This document shows, piece by piece, positions 1 to 9,223 of a stretch of 64,000 nucleotides of DNA (position 1 is its first letter; every line of letters begins with the position of its first letter). The notes beneath the pieces are model-generated. The model saw nothing but the letters and a program-made list of their open reading frames with translations, was not told where the DNA came from and did not search any database. Made by a program: the position numbers and the translations under genes. Source of the DNA: Candidatus Poribacteria bacterium. GTDB lineage: Bacteria > Poribacteria > WGA-4E > WGA-3G. The stretch is taken from the NCBI GenBank assembly GCA_965242965.1, contig OZ251518.1, positions 2,912,001 through 2,976,000 of the forward strand. The letters are read 5' to 3'.

Positions 1-1
1 T

Positions 2-277
2 GTGATTGAAACGCCGGTAGCCGCTGTCAAAGGGAACAAGCATCCCGCTATCTATCCGGTAGAAATTGTGGAGGCATTTTTACGGCTTCTCACGCCTGTC
101 GGCGCGTTGGTGTTAGATCCGTTTATAGGTTCTGGTTCAACGGCAGTCGCTTGTAAAAGACTCGGCAGACACTATCTCGGCTATGACATTAATCCGGATT
201 ACTGCGAATACGCGAGGCAGCGGGTTGCAATGATTTCATCGGCACCACCGCGGCTCTTTGACGAATCAGAGCCATAA
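2..277 (+). CDS. Site-specific DNA methyltransferase (N4/N6, beta class), C-terminal part; truncated by the window edge
   Basis: HPAIYP, VLDPFIGSGST (SAM-binding motif I) and LGRHYLGYDINPDY motifs. Confidence 0.85.
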   Translation: MIETPVAAVKGNKHPAIYPVEIVEAFLRLLTPVGALVLDPFIGSGSTAVACKRLGRHYLGYDINPDYCEYARQRVAMISSAPPRLFDESEP

Positions 278-289
278 GAGGAACATGCC

Positions 290-622
290 ATGGGCATTCC
301 ATTCTTCGTCGTTTTTGTCCTATCAATCGTCTTCTTGTCGCTGGGGATAACCGCGATAGGCGACTTCGTCTCTGTTCAGTGGCAGCAAGAGGCAACGCGT
401 GAGACAACCGCTGTCGTCCCTTACCTCAGCTTCCGGTCAGATTACTGGGCGATGGCGCGATGTTTCACCGGGTTCGCGCTATTTTTGGCGAGTCTCTATT
501 TCATGGGCTTTTTTCTCTATCTGGAAGAACGCGAAAGTGGACGCATCATGAAAAATGTCAAGAGTTTCGTGAAACTCCGCCAATTTATCGAACGGCACCA
601 AAAGGAGGACTCTCGCAAATGA
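290..622 (+). CDS. Small membrane protein with two hydrophobic segments, hypothetical
   Basis: GAGGAA RBS upstream, two TM-like stretches, ATGA overlap with the next gene. Confidence 0.65.
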   Translation: MGIPFFVVFVLSIVFLSLGITAIGDFVSVQWQQEATRETTAVVPYLSFRSDYWAMARCFTGFALFLASLYFMGFFLYLEERESGRIMKNVKSFVKLRQFIERHQKEDSRK

Positions 623-1437
623 AACGTCTCATACGCATCGCACTCGCTGTGTGTCTCGTCACCTGCGCGGCAGTCAGTCATGCCAAAATCGACCCGGGTA
701 CTGTCGTCGGTATCTGGCTATTTGATGAAGGAAAAGGGAAAACCGCCGCCGACTTATCCGGCAACGGAAACGATGGTGAACTGAAAGAAGGCGCGAAATG
801 GGATGCCGGCAAATTCGGACAAGGCGTTGTCTTTGACGGCAAAGACGACTACGTTGAAATCGCTCCCTCACCGTTGTTTAATCCGGAGGTATTCACTGTC
901 ACGTTCTGGATGCATCCCACCGCTGTGGGCGGCAATAACCCGGCTGGGAAAGGCACCGCCACTCTCATTATCGCCAACGGTGACCCGGGCGACGGTGGCG
1001 GCGCGAATTGGTGGTTTGAATTCTGGAACGCAGGCAACTTTGAATTCAAGAGTTGTCAAGCCGGGTGCGCCGCCGCGACAACACCGCTCAACAAACCTGA
1101 CGAGTGGTATTTTATTGCTGGCATTTACAACGGCACGGAATACGAACTCTACATTGACGGCGAATTTAAGTCAAAAGGCCCAAACGAAGTTGGCGCGCCA
1201 GAGAAAGGACTTCTCATCGGAAGCGGGCTCTGTCCGGCAGGGCACGGTTGTGATGGCGGCTACTTCAAAGGCATCGTTGATGACGTGGCAATGTTCAGCG
1301 ACACCCTGAGCGAGGCGGACCTGAAAACCCTCATGGACGACGGTGTCGGAAAAGTGCTCGGCGTTGCACCGGTAGAACCGATTGGGAAATTGGCAACGAC
1401 ATGGGGAAAACTCAAGGCAACTAACAACGCGCTATGA
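619..1437 (+). CDS. Secreted LamG-like jellyroll domain protein
   Basis: Start moved to ATG 619 after AAGGAGG; signal peptide; WLFDEGKGK...GKFGQGVVFDG...FKGIVDDV LamG pattern; C-terminal VEPIGKLATTWGKLK. Confidence 0.85.
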   Translation: MKRLIRIALAVCLVTCAAVSHAKIDPGTVVGIWLFDEGKGKTAADLSGNGNDGELKEGAKWDAGKFGQGVVFDGKDDYVEIAPSPLFNPEVFTVTFWMHPTAVGGNNPAGKGTATLIIANGDPGDGGGANWWFEFWNAGNFEFKSCQAGCAAATTPLNKPDEWYFIAGIYNGTEYELYIDGEFKSKGPNEVGAPEKGLLIGSGLCPAGHGCDGGYFKGIVDDVAMFSDTLSEADLKTLMDDGVGKVLGVAPVEPIGKLATTWGKLKATNNAL

Positions 1438-2648
1438 TTGAGAAAGAACGACAATTACTCATAACACCGACACCCGCGTTAAGAAAAGACCGGATTTTGC
1501 GCGCAGCGCGCCGTTTACCTGTCGATAGAACACCCGTCTGGATGATGCGACAGGCAGGCCGCTCAGACCCGAGGTATCGCCGCATCCGTGAGAAGATAAA
1601 TCTGCCGCTGGAGCATCTCTTCCGCACCTGTCCCGTGCCGATGTCAGAGACGGCCGTGGAGTGGGCAGTCAAGATTTCGATGCTGCCGAAGCGCATCGGC
1701 GTAGACGCGATTATCGTCTATAAAGATATCCTCACGCCGTTGTGCCCGATGGGCGCGCATTTTCGGTTCATGCCCGGGCCTGTGCTTAGCGAACCTATCC
1801 GTAGCCGTGAGCAAGTAGAGGCACTTCAACCTCTCAATGACGCGCCCACACAGCTCGCTTTCACGGGGAAGGTTATCAGGACACTGCGAGAGACGTTGGA
1901 TGGGGAACTACCCCTCATCGGATTTGCAGGCGCGCCGATGACACTCGCCGCGTTTCTCATCGCCGGCACAAGTCCGATGAAACAGGGTTCTGAAGTGCCG
2001 CCGGCAAAATCGGTGTTTCAGAAACAATCGCGGGAGACAGGCCCCCGCACTACGGTAGAAGCTTCCGTTCCGCCGCCGGCAAAAGCGGTGTTTCAGATGC
2101 TCACCGAGGCACCGGAACTGGCACATCAACTGCTCTCCCGTTTAACCGATGCGACTATCAATTATCTGAACTACCAAATCGCCGAAGGCGTTCAGATAGT
2201 CCAGTTATTTGAGTCCATCGCCGATGTGATGCCGCGGGCGATGTATCAAGAGTTCGCGTTGCCGTATCATCAGCAAATTTTCGCCGAACTCAACCGAAGT
2301 GTCCCCGCGATTCTCTTCGCAAAAGAGTGCGCAGAACTTGATTTGATGCACCAAAGCGGTGCCGACGTGCTGAGCGTCGGGAAATGCGTGAACCTCGCAC
2401 AAGCGAGGGTTGAAACGGCAGAAAATCCTGTCGCTTTTCAGGGGAACGTTGACAACGACATCCTCCGCGATGGCACCTTCGCTGACATCACCACGGCTGT
2501 CCACGATTGCTTAAGACAGGGTGGAAAAACGGGGCACATTCTGAACCTCAGCCACGGCTTGCATAGAGACACGCCGTTTGAAAACGTCAAACATTTTGTC
2601 CAAACCGCGAAAACGTTCGGCTGGAAGCAGGCGGAGGAATCCAAATGA
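1434..2648 (+). CDS. hemE: Uroporphyrinogen decarboxylase, with an in-frame 25-codon REP-associated insertion
   Basis: PVWMMRQAGR, LIGFAGAP, QGNVD and HILNLSHG motifs. Confidence 0.95.
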   Translation: MIEKERQLLITPTPALRKDRILRAARRLPVDRTPVWMMRQAGRSDPRYRRIREKINLPLEHLFRTCPVPMSETAVEWAVKISMLPKRIGVDAIIVYKDILTPLCPMGAHFRFMPGPVLSEPIRSREQVEALQPLNDAPTQLAFTGKVIRTLRETLDGELPLIGFAGAPMTLAAFLIAGTSPMKQGSEVPPAKSVFQKQSRETGPRTTVEASVPPPAKAVFQMLTEAPELAHQLLSRLTDATINYLNYQIAEGVQIVQLFESIADVMPRAMYQEFALPYHQQIFAELNRSVPAILFAKECAELDLMHQSGADVLSVGKCVNLAQARVETAENPVAFQGNVDNDILRDGTFADITTAVHDCLRQGGKTGHILNLSHGLHRDTPFENVKHFVQTAKTFGWKQAEESK

Positions 2649-4114
2649 GAACAAAACGCGCCGGCCCGATGGAAAACCCTTACGCACCACGGCAATACGG
2701 CGAACTCGTCAAAGTAACAGAACGCGTCTATCTCTTCCGCAACGTCGTCAATTCCACGCTGATTATCGGCGATAAGGGTGTTGCGATAGTTGACACGCAG
2801 GTGAATCCCGTGATGGCGCGACGATTGCTCACAGCCGTTCGTCGGGTGACAGCGAAACCGGTCTTGTATGCGATAAATACGCACTATCACTGGGACCACA
2901 CCAACGGCAATGCGGTTTTCCACGAAGCCGGTGCGACGATTGTCGCTCGTGACATGACAAAAGATTTTATGGTATCTCGTTCGCCACGTCAAGAGGCGTT
3001 TCTTGCCTCGCGCGGTTTTAAACTAGGGGACGCACCTGTGCTTCCTATGCAAACGTTCGCGCAGGAGATGGAACTAGATTTAGGCAATCAACCGCTACAT
3101 CTCGTTCACTTGGGCAAAGCGGAAACGGACGATGCAACCGCCATCCGCATTCCGGCAGAAGAATGCATCGTATCTGGGGATACCGTCATGACAGGCAGTT
3201 TTCCGATTTTCGGACAACCTGTCATGAACGAAGGGCTCATGGCAAACCATGATTGGATCAATACCATCACGGAACTCCGCACTTACGCGCCACAACACGT
3301 CCTGCCAGGCCACGGTCCTCTAGCACACGACGCAGAGATGGAACTCCTGATTCAGATCGAGTCCTATTTCCTAACCGAAGTGCGAAAATACTTTGAAAAA
3401 GGGATGCCGTTAAACGCGTTATTAGCAGCGGTTGAGGCGAATCTTCCACCTTGGATTCGGGATATTGCCGAGGTTTGGGGCACACCGCGTTACGCGATTT
3501 TGCGCGTCTATCGCGGACTCATTGATGATGCGGAACCGGGTTGGCAGCACCTGAAACCCTCCGCTATTCCGATGGCGGATGCCGAAAGTCTTCAAGAGAA
3601 AACACGCGAATTAGCAGACTTTAACGCATATCGCGAGGCATCGGAAGAGGTGGAAGAAGGGAATGACCCCGGCTTAGCCATCGCTATTTTAAAAAACGCA
3701 ACAGAAAAATATCCGCAGCTGCCAGCGGCGTGGACAGCCTACGCCGGCGTGCTGATACGCGCATCCCGCACCGTGTCAAGTGTGCTTGAGAAAGGCGACT
3801 TCTTCGCCGAAGCAAAACAGGCACTTAATACCGCCTTGGAATTGAACGCGGATTACGCGCCAGCGTACTTGTTGCAAGGCCAGTCCGAAATCCTGTCCGC
3901 TTACCGCAACGGCGATGCACCCGATGATGGGCTTGCTTCCATTCACAAAGCGATGTCCCTCGGCATTCACGGGACACAACTTGCGCAGGCACATTTCTGC
4001 ATCGGGATGGCGTATCGCACGAACGGAGACGAAGCAGCAGCGAAAGCCGCCTTCGCAAAAGCAATCGCCGCCGATGCACGGTTCATGCCGGCACAATTAG
4101 CAAATATGGTTTAG
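2645..4114 (+). CDS. MBL-fold metallo-hydrolase fused to a C-terminal TPR-like helical region
   Basis: NTHYHWDH (HxHxDH), SGD and PGHG motifs; Ala-rich TPR-like helices at the C-terminus; overlaps the hemE stop. Confidence 0.85.
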   Translation: MRTKRAGPMENPYAPRQYGELVKVTERVYLFRNVVNSTLIIGDKGVAIVDTQVNPVMARRLLTAVRRVTAKPVLYAINTHYHWDHTNGNAVFHEAGATIVARDMTKDFMVSRSPRQEAFLASRGFKLGDAPVLPMQTFAQEMELDLGNQPLHLVHLGKAETDDATAIRIPAEECIVSGDTVMTGSFPIFGQPVMNEGLMANHDWINTITELRTYAPQHVLPGHGPLAHDAEMELLIQIESYFLTEVRKYFEKGMPLNALLAAVEANLPPWIRDIAEVWGTPRYAILRVYRGLIDDAEPGWQHLKPSAIPMADAESLQEKTRELADFNAYREASEEVEEGNDPGLAIAILKNATEKYPQLPAAWTAYAGVLIRASRTVSSVLEKGDFFAEAKQALNTALELNADYAPAYLLQGQSEILSAYRNGDAPDDGLASIHKAMSLGIHGTQLAQAHFCIGMAYRTNGDEAAAKAAFAKAIAADARFMPAQLANMV

Positions 4115-4171
4115 CACACGTAGAGCGAGGGAAACCTGTCCCTCGCTGTTATCAAACGCTAGGAAACGAAA

Positions 4172-5128
4172 ATGTCTAAAAAAAAATACGATAGCATACT
4201 ACTCGTCGCATTCGGCGGACCGACTCCGGGATGCTGCGAAAAATATGACACCTGCCCCGGTGAAGCATACTGCTTTGTCGAAGGAATCGCTGGCACAGCC
4301 GAATCTCAAGTGCCCAGGGTGAAGGAGGTATCCGGGCACTATGTCGAATTAGGCGGCTTTTCACCGTTCAACGAATTGACATTCCAGCAGGGGCGCGCCT
4401 TGGAGAACACCCTCACGGACAACAATGTCTCTCTCCCCATTTACGTTGGATTTCGGCACTGGAACCCCTATTTAAAGGACGTTGTCGCCGAGATGGCACA
4501 AAAGGGGCACCAAAAAATACTGGGCATCATCATGGCACCGCATCAATCTAAAGTGAGTTGGGAGTGGTATATCCAATCCGTGCGGCAGGGTATCGATGCC
4601 TTGCCGAACACGGCGCGCCCCGAGATTGACTATTTAGCTCCGTGGTGGACGAACGACGGTTACATCGGTGCCGTCGCCGATTTGATTCAAAGCGCGTGCA
4701 ACGGGCAATTAGAGAATGCCACCCCGGTTTTCACCGCGCACGCCATCCCACAACCGGCGGCAAAGAACTCGCCTTACACACAACAATTCGCGGAGACAGC
4801 GGCGAAAGTGGCGGCGAAACTCGGCAAAACCGAATTCGCTTTGGCATACCAGAGCCAAGCCGAAAATACCGCTGTCCCCTGGACGCAACCCGATATTAAC
4901 GATTGGATTCGCGAGCAGAAAGATGCTGGCATCCAAACCATCGTCGCTTCACCCATTGGTTTCCTCTGCGACCACGTTGAGGTGCTCTATGATCTGGATA
5001 TTGAAGCGAAAGCGACGGCGGCCGAATGCGGCATTGAGTTTATTCGTGCAGGCACCGTCGGCACCCATCCGAAGTTCATCAATATGCTCGCCTCGCTTGC
5101 TTGTGATAAGTTTAGACAGCAAGGCTGA
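4172..5128 (+). CDS. hemH: Ferrochelatase (HemH/CpfC)
   Basis: LLVAFGGP, GGFSP, FTAHAIP, AYQS, PWTQP and PIGFLCDHVEVLYDLDIE motifs. Confidence 0.95.
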   Translation: MSKKKYDSILLVAFGGPTPGCCEKYDTCPGEAYCFVEGIAGTAESQVPRVKEVSGHYVELGGFSPFNELTFQQGRALENTLTDNNVSLPIYVGFRHWNPYLKDVVAEMAQKGHQKILGIIMAPHQSKVSWEWYIQSVRQGIDALPNTARPEIDYLAPWWTNDGYIGAVADLIQSACNGQLENATPVFTAHAIPQPAAKNSPYTQQFAETAAKVAAKLGKTEFALAYQSQAENTAVPWTQPDINDWIREQKDAGIQTIVASPIGFLCDHVEVLYDLDIEAKATAAECGIEFIRAGTVGTHPKFINMLASLACDKFRQQG

Positions 5129-5182
5129 AGCACGGACTGTCCGGACGAATTGCTTCGTCCGTTGCTACTGTTACGTATTGTT

Positions 5183-6685
5183 ATGGCTCCTAACCCCAAA
5201 CGCGCCCTTGTTATTGGCGGCGGCATTACAGGCCTCGCCGCCAGCTATCGTCTCACGCGCGAGGCAGAGAAAAGGGGTATCCCGCTCCATGTCACCCTGC
5301 TCGAAGCGAGCGACAGGATTGGCGGTGTCATCCGCACTACCCATCGCGACGGTTTCGTGATTGAGCACGGACCGGATGCCTTTATCACCACTAAACCGTG
5401 GGCAAAAGCGTTGTGCGAAGAACTCGGCATCGCCGATGAATGTATCGGCACGAATTCGACAATGCGCCGCAGCTTCGTGGTGCAAAAGGGAAAATTGCAC
5501 CCTGTCCCGGAAGGTTTTTACATGATGGCACCCGGCGCATTGCTCCCTTTTCTCAAAAGCCCTATTTTCAGTTGGCGCGGCAAACTCCGGATGGGACTTG
5601 AGCCGCTGATGCCGCGCAGCGGCGGCGATGCAGATGAATCTGTCGCCGATTTCGTGCGGCGCAGACTCGGCACCGAGGCGTTTGAACGGATGGCGCAGCC
5701 TATGATAGGTGGTATCTACACCTCTGATGCAGAACATTTGAGTCTCAAGGCGACGTTTCCGCGCTTTCTGGAGATGGAACGGGCACACGGCAGTATCATC
5801 AAGGCACTCCTAGCACAAAAGCGGCAGGCAAAAACGGCGAGCGGCACCAGCGGACCGCGGTACAGCCTCTTCCTCTCATTCGCATCCGGCATGCAGACAC
5901 TCGTTGACAAGTTACAGCAAGCGCACCTCATCGCAGCGCGAGAACCTGTCCCTCGCGAGTCACAGCAAGCACACCCCACCGTAGCGCGAGGGCCTGTCCC
6001 TCGCGAGCATTCACCTAAAGCACACCTCCATCTAAACTCTCGCGCCGAAACGCTTCAGCAGCGAAAAAATGGAACGGGATGGCAGGTATCGCTTGCAAAC
6101 GGGGAAATCCTTGAGGCGGAACTCCTCTGCGTTGCGCTGCCTGCACCACAAGCCGGCACCTTATGTGAAAACGTTTCCCCGTCCCTTGCCAAAAAACTCC
6201 AAGCGATTCCTTATGCCTCCTCCGCTACCGTCAACTTCGCGTTCCGCCGTGAGGCGGTAGCACATCCGCTGAACGGGATGGGGTTCGTCGTGCCGGCGGC
6301 TGAGGGGCTTTCGCTCATCGGGTGTTCCTTTAGTAGCGTAAAATTTGAAAACCGCGCGCCAGCGGCACACGTATTGTTGCGCGCGTTTGTCCGAAAAGAA
6401 CAAGAATCGTCCGAGAGCAGCTTGACTGCGGCGGCACTGCGAGATATTACACACCTACTCGGCATCAAAAAAGAGCCTATTTTCTCTCTTGTTAGTCAAC
6501 ATACACAAGCGATGGCGCAGTATCTGGTAGGGCATCAGGAACGCATCAGCGAAATCGAAACGCTCGCGAAAGGTTTGCCGGGGTTTGCCCTCGCCGGGAA
6601 CGCTTACCACGGCATCGGCATTCCGGATTGCATCCACAGCGGTGAGCAAGCCGCGCTCGCGCTACTCGGTGAGGAAAACTTATGA
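5183..6685 (+). CDS. hemY: HemY-type protoporphyrinogen/coproporphyrinogen oxidase, with an in-frame REP insertion
   Basis: VIGGGITGL FAD motif, EASDRIGG, IEHGPDAF, GNAYHGIGIPDCI; ATG at 5183. Confidence 0.93.
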   Translation: MAPNPKRALVIGGGITGLAASYRLTREAEKRGIPLHVTLLEASDRIGGVIRTTHRDGFVIEHGPDAFITTKPWAKALCEELGIADECIGTNSTMRRSFVVQKGKLHPVPEGFYMMAPGALLPFLKSPIFSWRGKLRMGLEPLMPRSGGDADESVADFVRRRLGTEAFERMAQPMIGGIYTSDAEHLSLKATFPRFLEMERAHGSIIKALLAQKRQAKTASGTSGPRYSLFLSFASGMQTLVDKLQQAHLIAAREPVPRESQQAHPTVARGPVPREHSPKAHLHLNSRAETLQQRKNGTGWQVSLANGEILEAELLCVALPAPQAGTLCENVSPSLAKKLQAIPYASSATVNFAFRREAVAHPLNGMGFVVPAAEGLSLIGCSFSSVKFENRAPAAHVLLRAFVRKEQESSESSLTAAALRDITHLLGIKKEPIFSLVSQHTQAMAQYLVGHQERISEIETLAKGLPGFALAGNAYHGIGIPDCIHSGEQAALALLGEENL

Positions 6686-7692
6686 AACGGCGATGGACAC
6701 TCACTATATCTGTATGCCTCGTGATTTTCCTCGCGGCACTCGTCGCGCTGTCAAAGCGTGCAGATAGAGGCAATGCGCGTGCAGAGACAACATCTCCGCA
6801 CGACGATGCCTATCAAGCGTTTCAGGCGGGAAAGTGCAAAAGTTGCCATCCTGCCATCTGGCGCGAGTGGGAGAAATCGATGCACGCGCAAGCGTGGACA
6901 GACGCAATTTATCAGGCGGCGGCAGCCCAAGTCACCGATAGGGAAGCCCGCTGTGATGTGTGTCACGCGCCCGAACCCATCCTCGTCACCGGTATCGGAA
7001 AAATGCCCATCTTGCGCGCTCGGCACCGTGATGCAGGTGTCTCCTGCCTTGTCTGTCACCTCGATGCCGATGGTGCGATGCACGGACCGGCGGCAAGTGC
7101 CGAAACGCATTTTCATGAGAATATCACGAATGCCATCTTTACCGAACCGATGCCGCTCTGCGCTACGTGCCACGGGCAACCGAGCGTCCCCGCGCACGAC
7201 TTGGTGACGAGTTTTCGCGAAAGTAGGTCTGCCGAGGAGAACAAAACGTGTGCCACCTGCCACATGCCCGCGGTGAAACGGTTGCAAAGCACAGCGAGTT
7301 ATGAGAGTATTCCTGGAAGGAAGCATACGTGGCAAGGCAGCCGCAGCGTCGCGCAACTCAAACGCGCCGCCACACTGCACTTTAATTTTAGCGAGGACAG
7401 CGCGACTGTCACCCTGCAGAATAAAACTGGGCATCTCCTTCCCGGCAACATCTATCGTGTCATCGTGCTTGATGTCACGCTTTTTACAGCGGATGGGAAC
7501 GTCCGGCAAACATCGCGGCACACCTTTTCCGAAGCGCAAGCCAATCGTCTGCCAGCCGACGCGCGGCGAACCTTTGTTTTTGCAGCGCACACGGGAGATA
7601 CCATTGAAGCGCGCCTACGGTATCAATTAACATCCGAAACCCCGGAGGCATCGTGGATACGCATGGCAGAAGTGCGTGGTATCGTGCCATGA
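6682..7692 (+). CDS. Membrane-anchored/exported multiheme c-type cytochrome (5 CxxCH)
   Basis: CKSCH, CDVCH, CLVCH, CATCH, CATCH; N-terminal hydrophobic segment; WEKSMHA as in c554-like cytochromes. Confidence 0.88.
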   Translation: MKRRWTLTISVCLVIFLAALVALSKRADRGNARAETTSPHDDAYQAFQAGKCKSCHPAIWREWEKSMHAQAWTDAIYQAAAAQVTDREARCDVCHAPEPILVTGIGKMPILRARHRDAGVSCLVCHLDADGAMHGPAASAETHFHENITNAIFTEPMPLCATCHGQPSVPAHDLVTSFRESRSAEENKTCATCHMPAVKRLQSTASYESIPGRKHTWQGSRSVAQLKRAATLHFNFSEDSATVTLQNKTGHLLPGNIYRVIVLDVTLFTADGNVRQTSRHTFSEAQANRLPADARRTFVFAAHTGDTIEARLRYQLTSETPEASWIRMAEVRGIVP

Positions 7693-7778
7693 GTTTCGGG
7701 ATGCCGTTGCGGCGCGGCAGCATCTGTAGGCGCGATGAAGGTATAAGTGCTATCGCAAAAAAAAATGAGGCCATAAAT

Positions 7779-8447
7779 GAGGGGGTTCATAAATCGATGC
7801 GTTCCCGGTAGGAGAGACCTCCTGGTCTCGATTTCTTCCCGTAGCGCGGGGCCCCTCGGAGGTTTCCATACGCGCATCCGAGCGGGTTTCCCCCGCGAAC
7901 GCCATCGTCACGATGTGTGTTCCCCATCTGTAGTTTGTGCTCGCCTGATCACAAACAGGTCAGGATCAGGCGATCCTGAACTACAGAGCCTGGCGCGAGA
8001 ACGATGGCGAGGGACAGGCCCTCGCCCTACGGTGAAGTGCCGCTTTTTTTCGTAGCGCGGGGGCCTGTCCCCCGCGAGTGCCATCGTCACGATGTGTGTT
8101 TCCCCATCTGTAGTTTGTGATCGCCTGATCACAAACAGGTCAGGATCAGGCGATCCTGAACTACAGGGTCTAGCGCGCGGACGCTGGCGAGGGGTGAAGT
8201 GCCGTTTTTTCCCGTAGCGTGGGGGCCTGTCCCCCGCGAACGTTGGATTGCACGGACGATGGCGAGGGAAACCCTCTCGGATGCGCGTATGGCATCCGAG
8301 GGCCCTCGCCCTACGATGAAGGGGGCTTTCTGCCGCCGCGGCCCCGGGCGCGCCGCCCTATTGCATCGAGACCGGGAGGTCTCTCCTACCAAGAGGGCTC
8401 GATATTCGGGGGAGATAAATGCCGAAACGGATTTATGAAACACGCTC
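7779..8447. mobile_element. Mosaic REP cassette bounded by 14-bp inverted termini (MITE/BIME-like)
   Basis: GAGGGGGTTCATA at 7779 and TATGAAACACGCTC at 8434-8447; interior made of GTAG-headed palindromes. Confidence 0.75.
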
Positions 8448-8577
8448 ACATAAATACCATCGCGAAAAAAAAGATTTTTTTAATTGACAAAATTAATGCA
8501 TTTATGATAAACTATCAATAAGGCTTAATCAAAATTGGCTCAAAGCACAAAACCTTGAGACAAATTTGAAATTTTTC

Positions 8578-8606
8578 TTGACATTTCGTGAAAAATGTGG
8601 TATCAT
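8578..8606 (+). promoter_or_regulatory. Sigma70-type promoter (distal promoter of the giant surface protein gene)
   Basis: TTGACA-17 bp-TATCAT with a TGn extended -10, in AT-rich DNA. Confidence 0.7.
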
Positions 8607-8955
8607 ATATACGTGAAATGTCGTGCTGTTACGATTTTGATTGTTGATGTCCCGCTGAATCCGGGAGAAAGTTCGCGAAGCCCGTGCAATTGGCCGATTA
8701 AAACAGTTGCTTATTTTTGGCACATTTGTTAAAATCACACCTGTCACGATGGGTGAATTTTCAACCCGACAACAAAATACGCTTGCGGAACCGCCGAAAC
8801 GGGGTGTTTTCGGGGACGATTTGAAACACCAGCGATGTTTTGTATCGGCATAGGGAGCCTGAGCGGAAACCTTAAATTTTTAAGGCGCGGAAATAAGCCG
8901 CGGGGAGCAGTATGCCGAAAGCGATGGCGGCTGCATCCCGAACAGAACTTTTTGC

Positions 8956-8985
8956 TTGCTTTTCGCGCGCAAAATCGTGTATAAT
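8956..8985 (+). promoter_or_regulatory. Sigma70-type promoter (proximal)
   Basis: TTGCTT-18 bp-TATAAT. Confidence 0.6.
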
Positions 8986-9223
8986 AATCCTATCCTAGGA
9001 TGCCGTGCCTCTTGGGGTAGGAACGTGTAAATGGAGAGCAGCACCGAACGTTTCTGAAGCAGCTACTGCATCAGAAACCGACATTGTTGAACTCTACCGA
9101 AAATAGTTGGATAGACATGCCGCCGCGCCGCGCGTCTTTTGCTTCCCGCTCAAACGATGTCTATCCAAAGAAAACTCAGTCTGAGTCTTGCGTTTACGCA
9201 GACTTCATGAGGAGGATAAGTTA

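Noticed and set aside
2-277. Restriction-modification or defence island
   Set aside because: Only the methyltransferase tail is visible, and the downstream genes are not nucleases. It cannot be judged from this window.
7777-8521. Short ORFs rich in GTGPR / RGPVP / SGSGDP peptides here and in other intergenic regions
   Set aside because: They are translations of REP modules in various frames, with no RBS or domain. N-terminal extensions of the ORFs at 27699, 39872, 48721 and 56377 were trimmed for the same reason.
8610-8950. tmRNA, RNase P RNA or c-di-AMP (ydaO) riboswitch
   Set aside because: No tRNA-like ends and no GAGGAAAGTCC. Only scattered ydaO-like words (GCTGAATCC, GGGTGAAT, ACCCGACA) occur, without the expected spacing or pairing.
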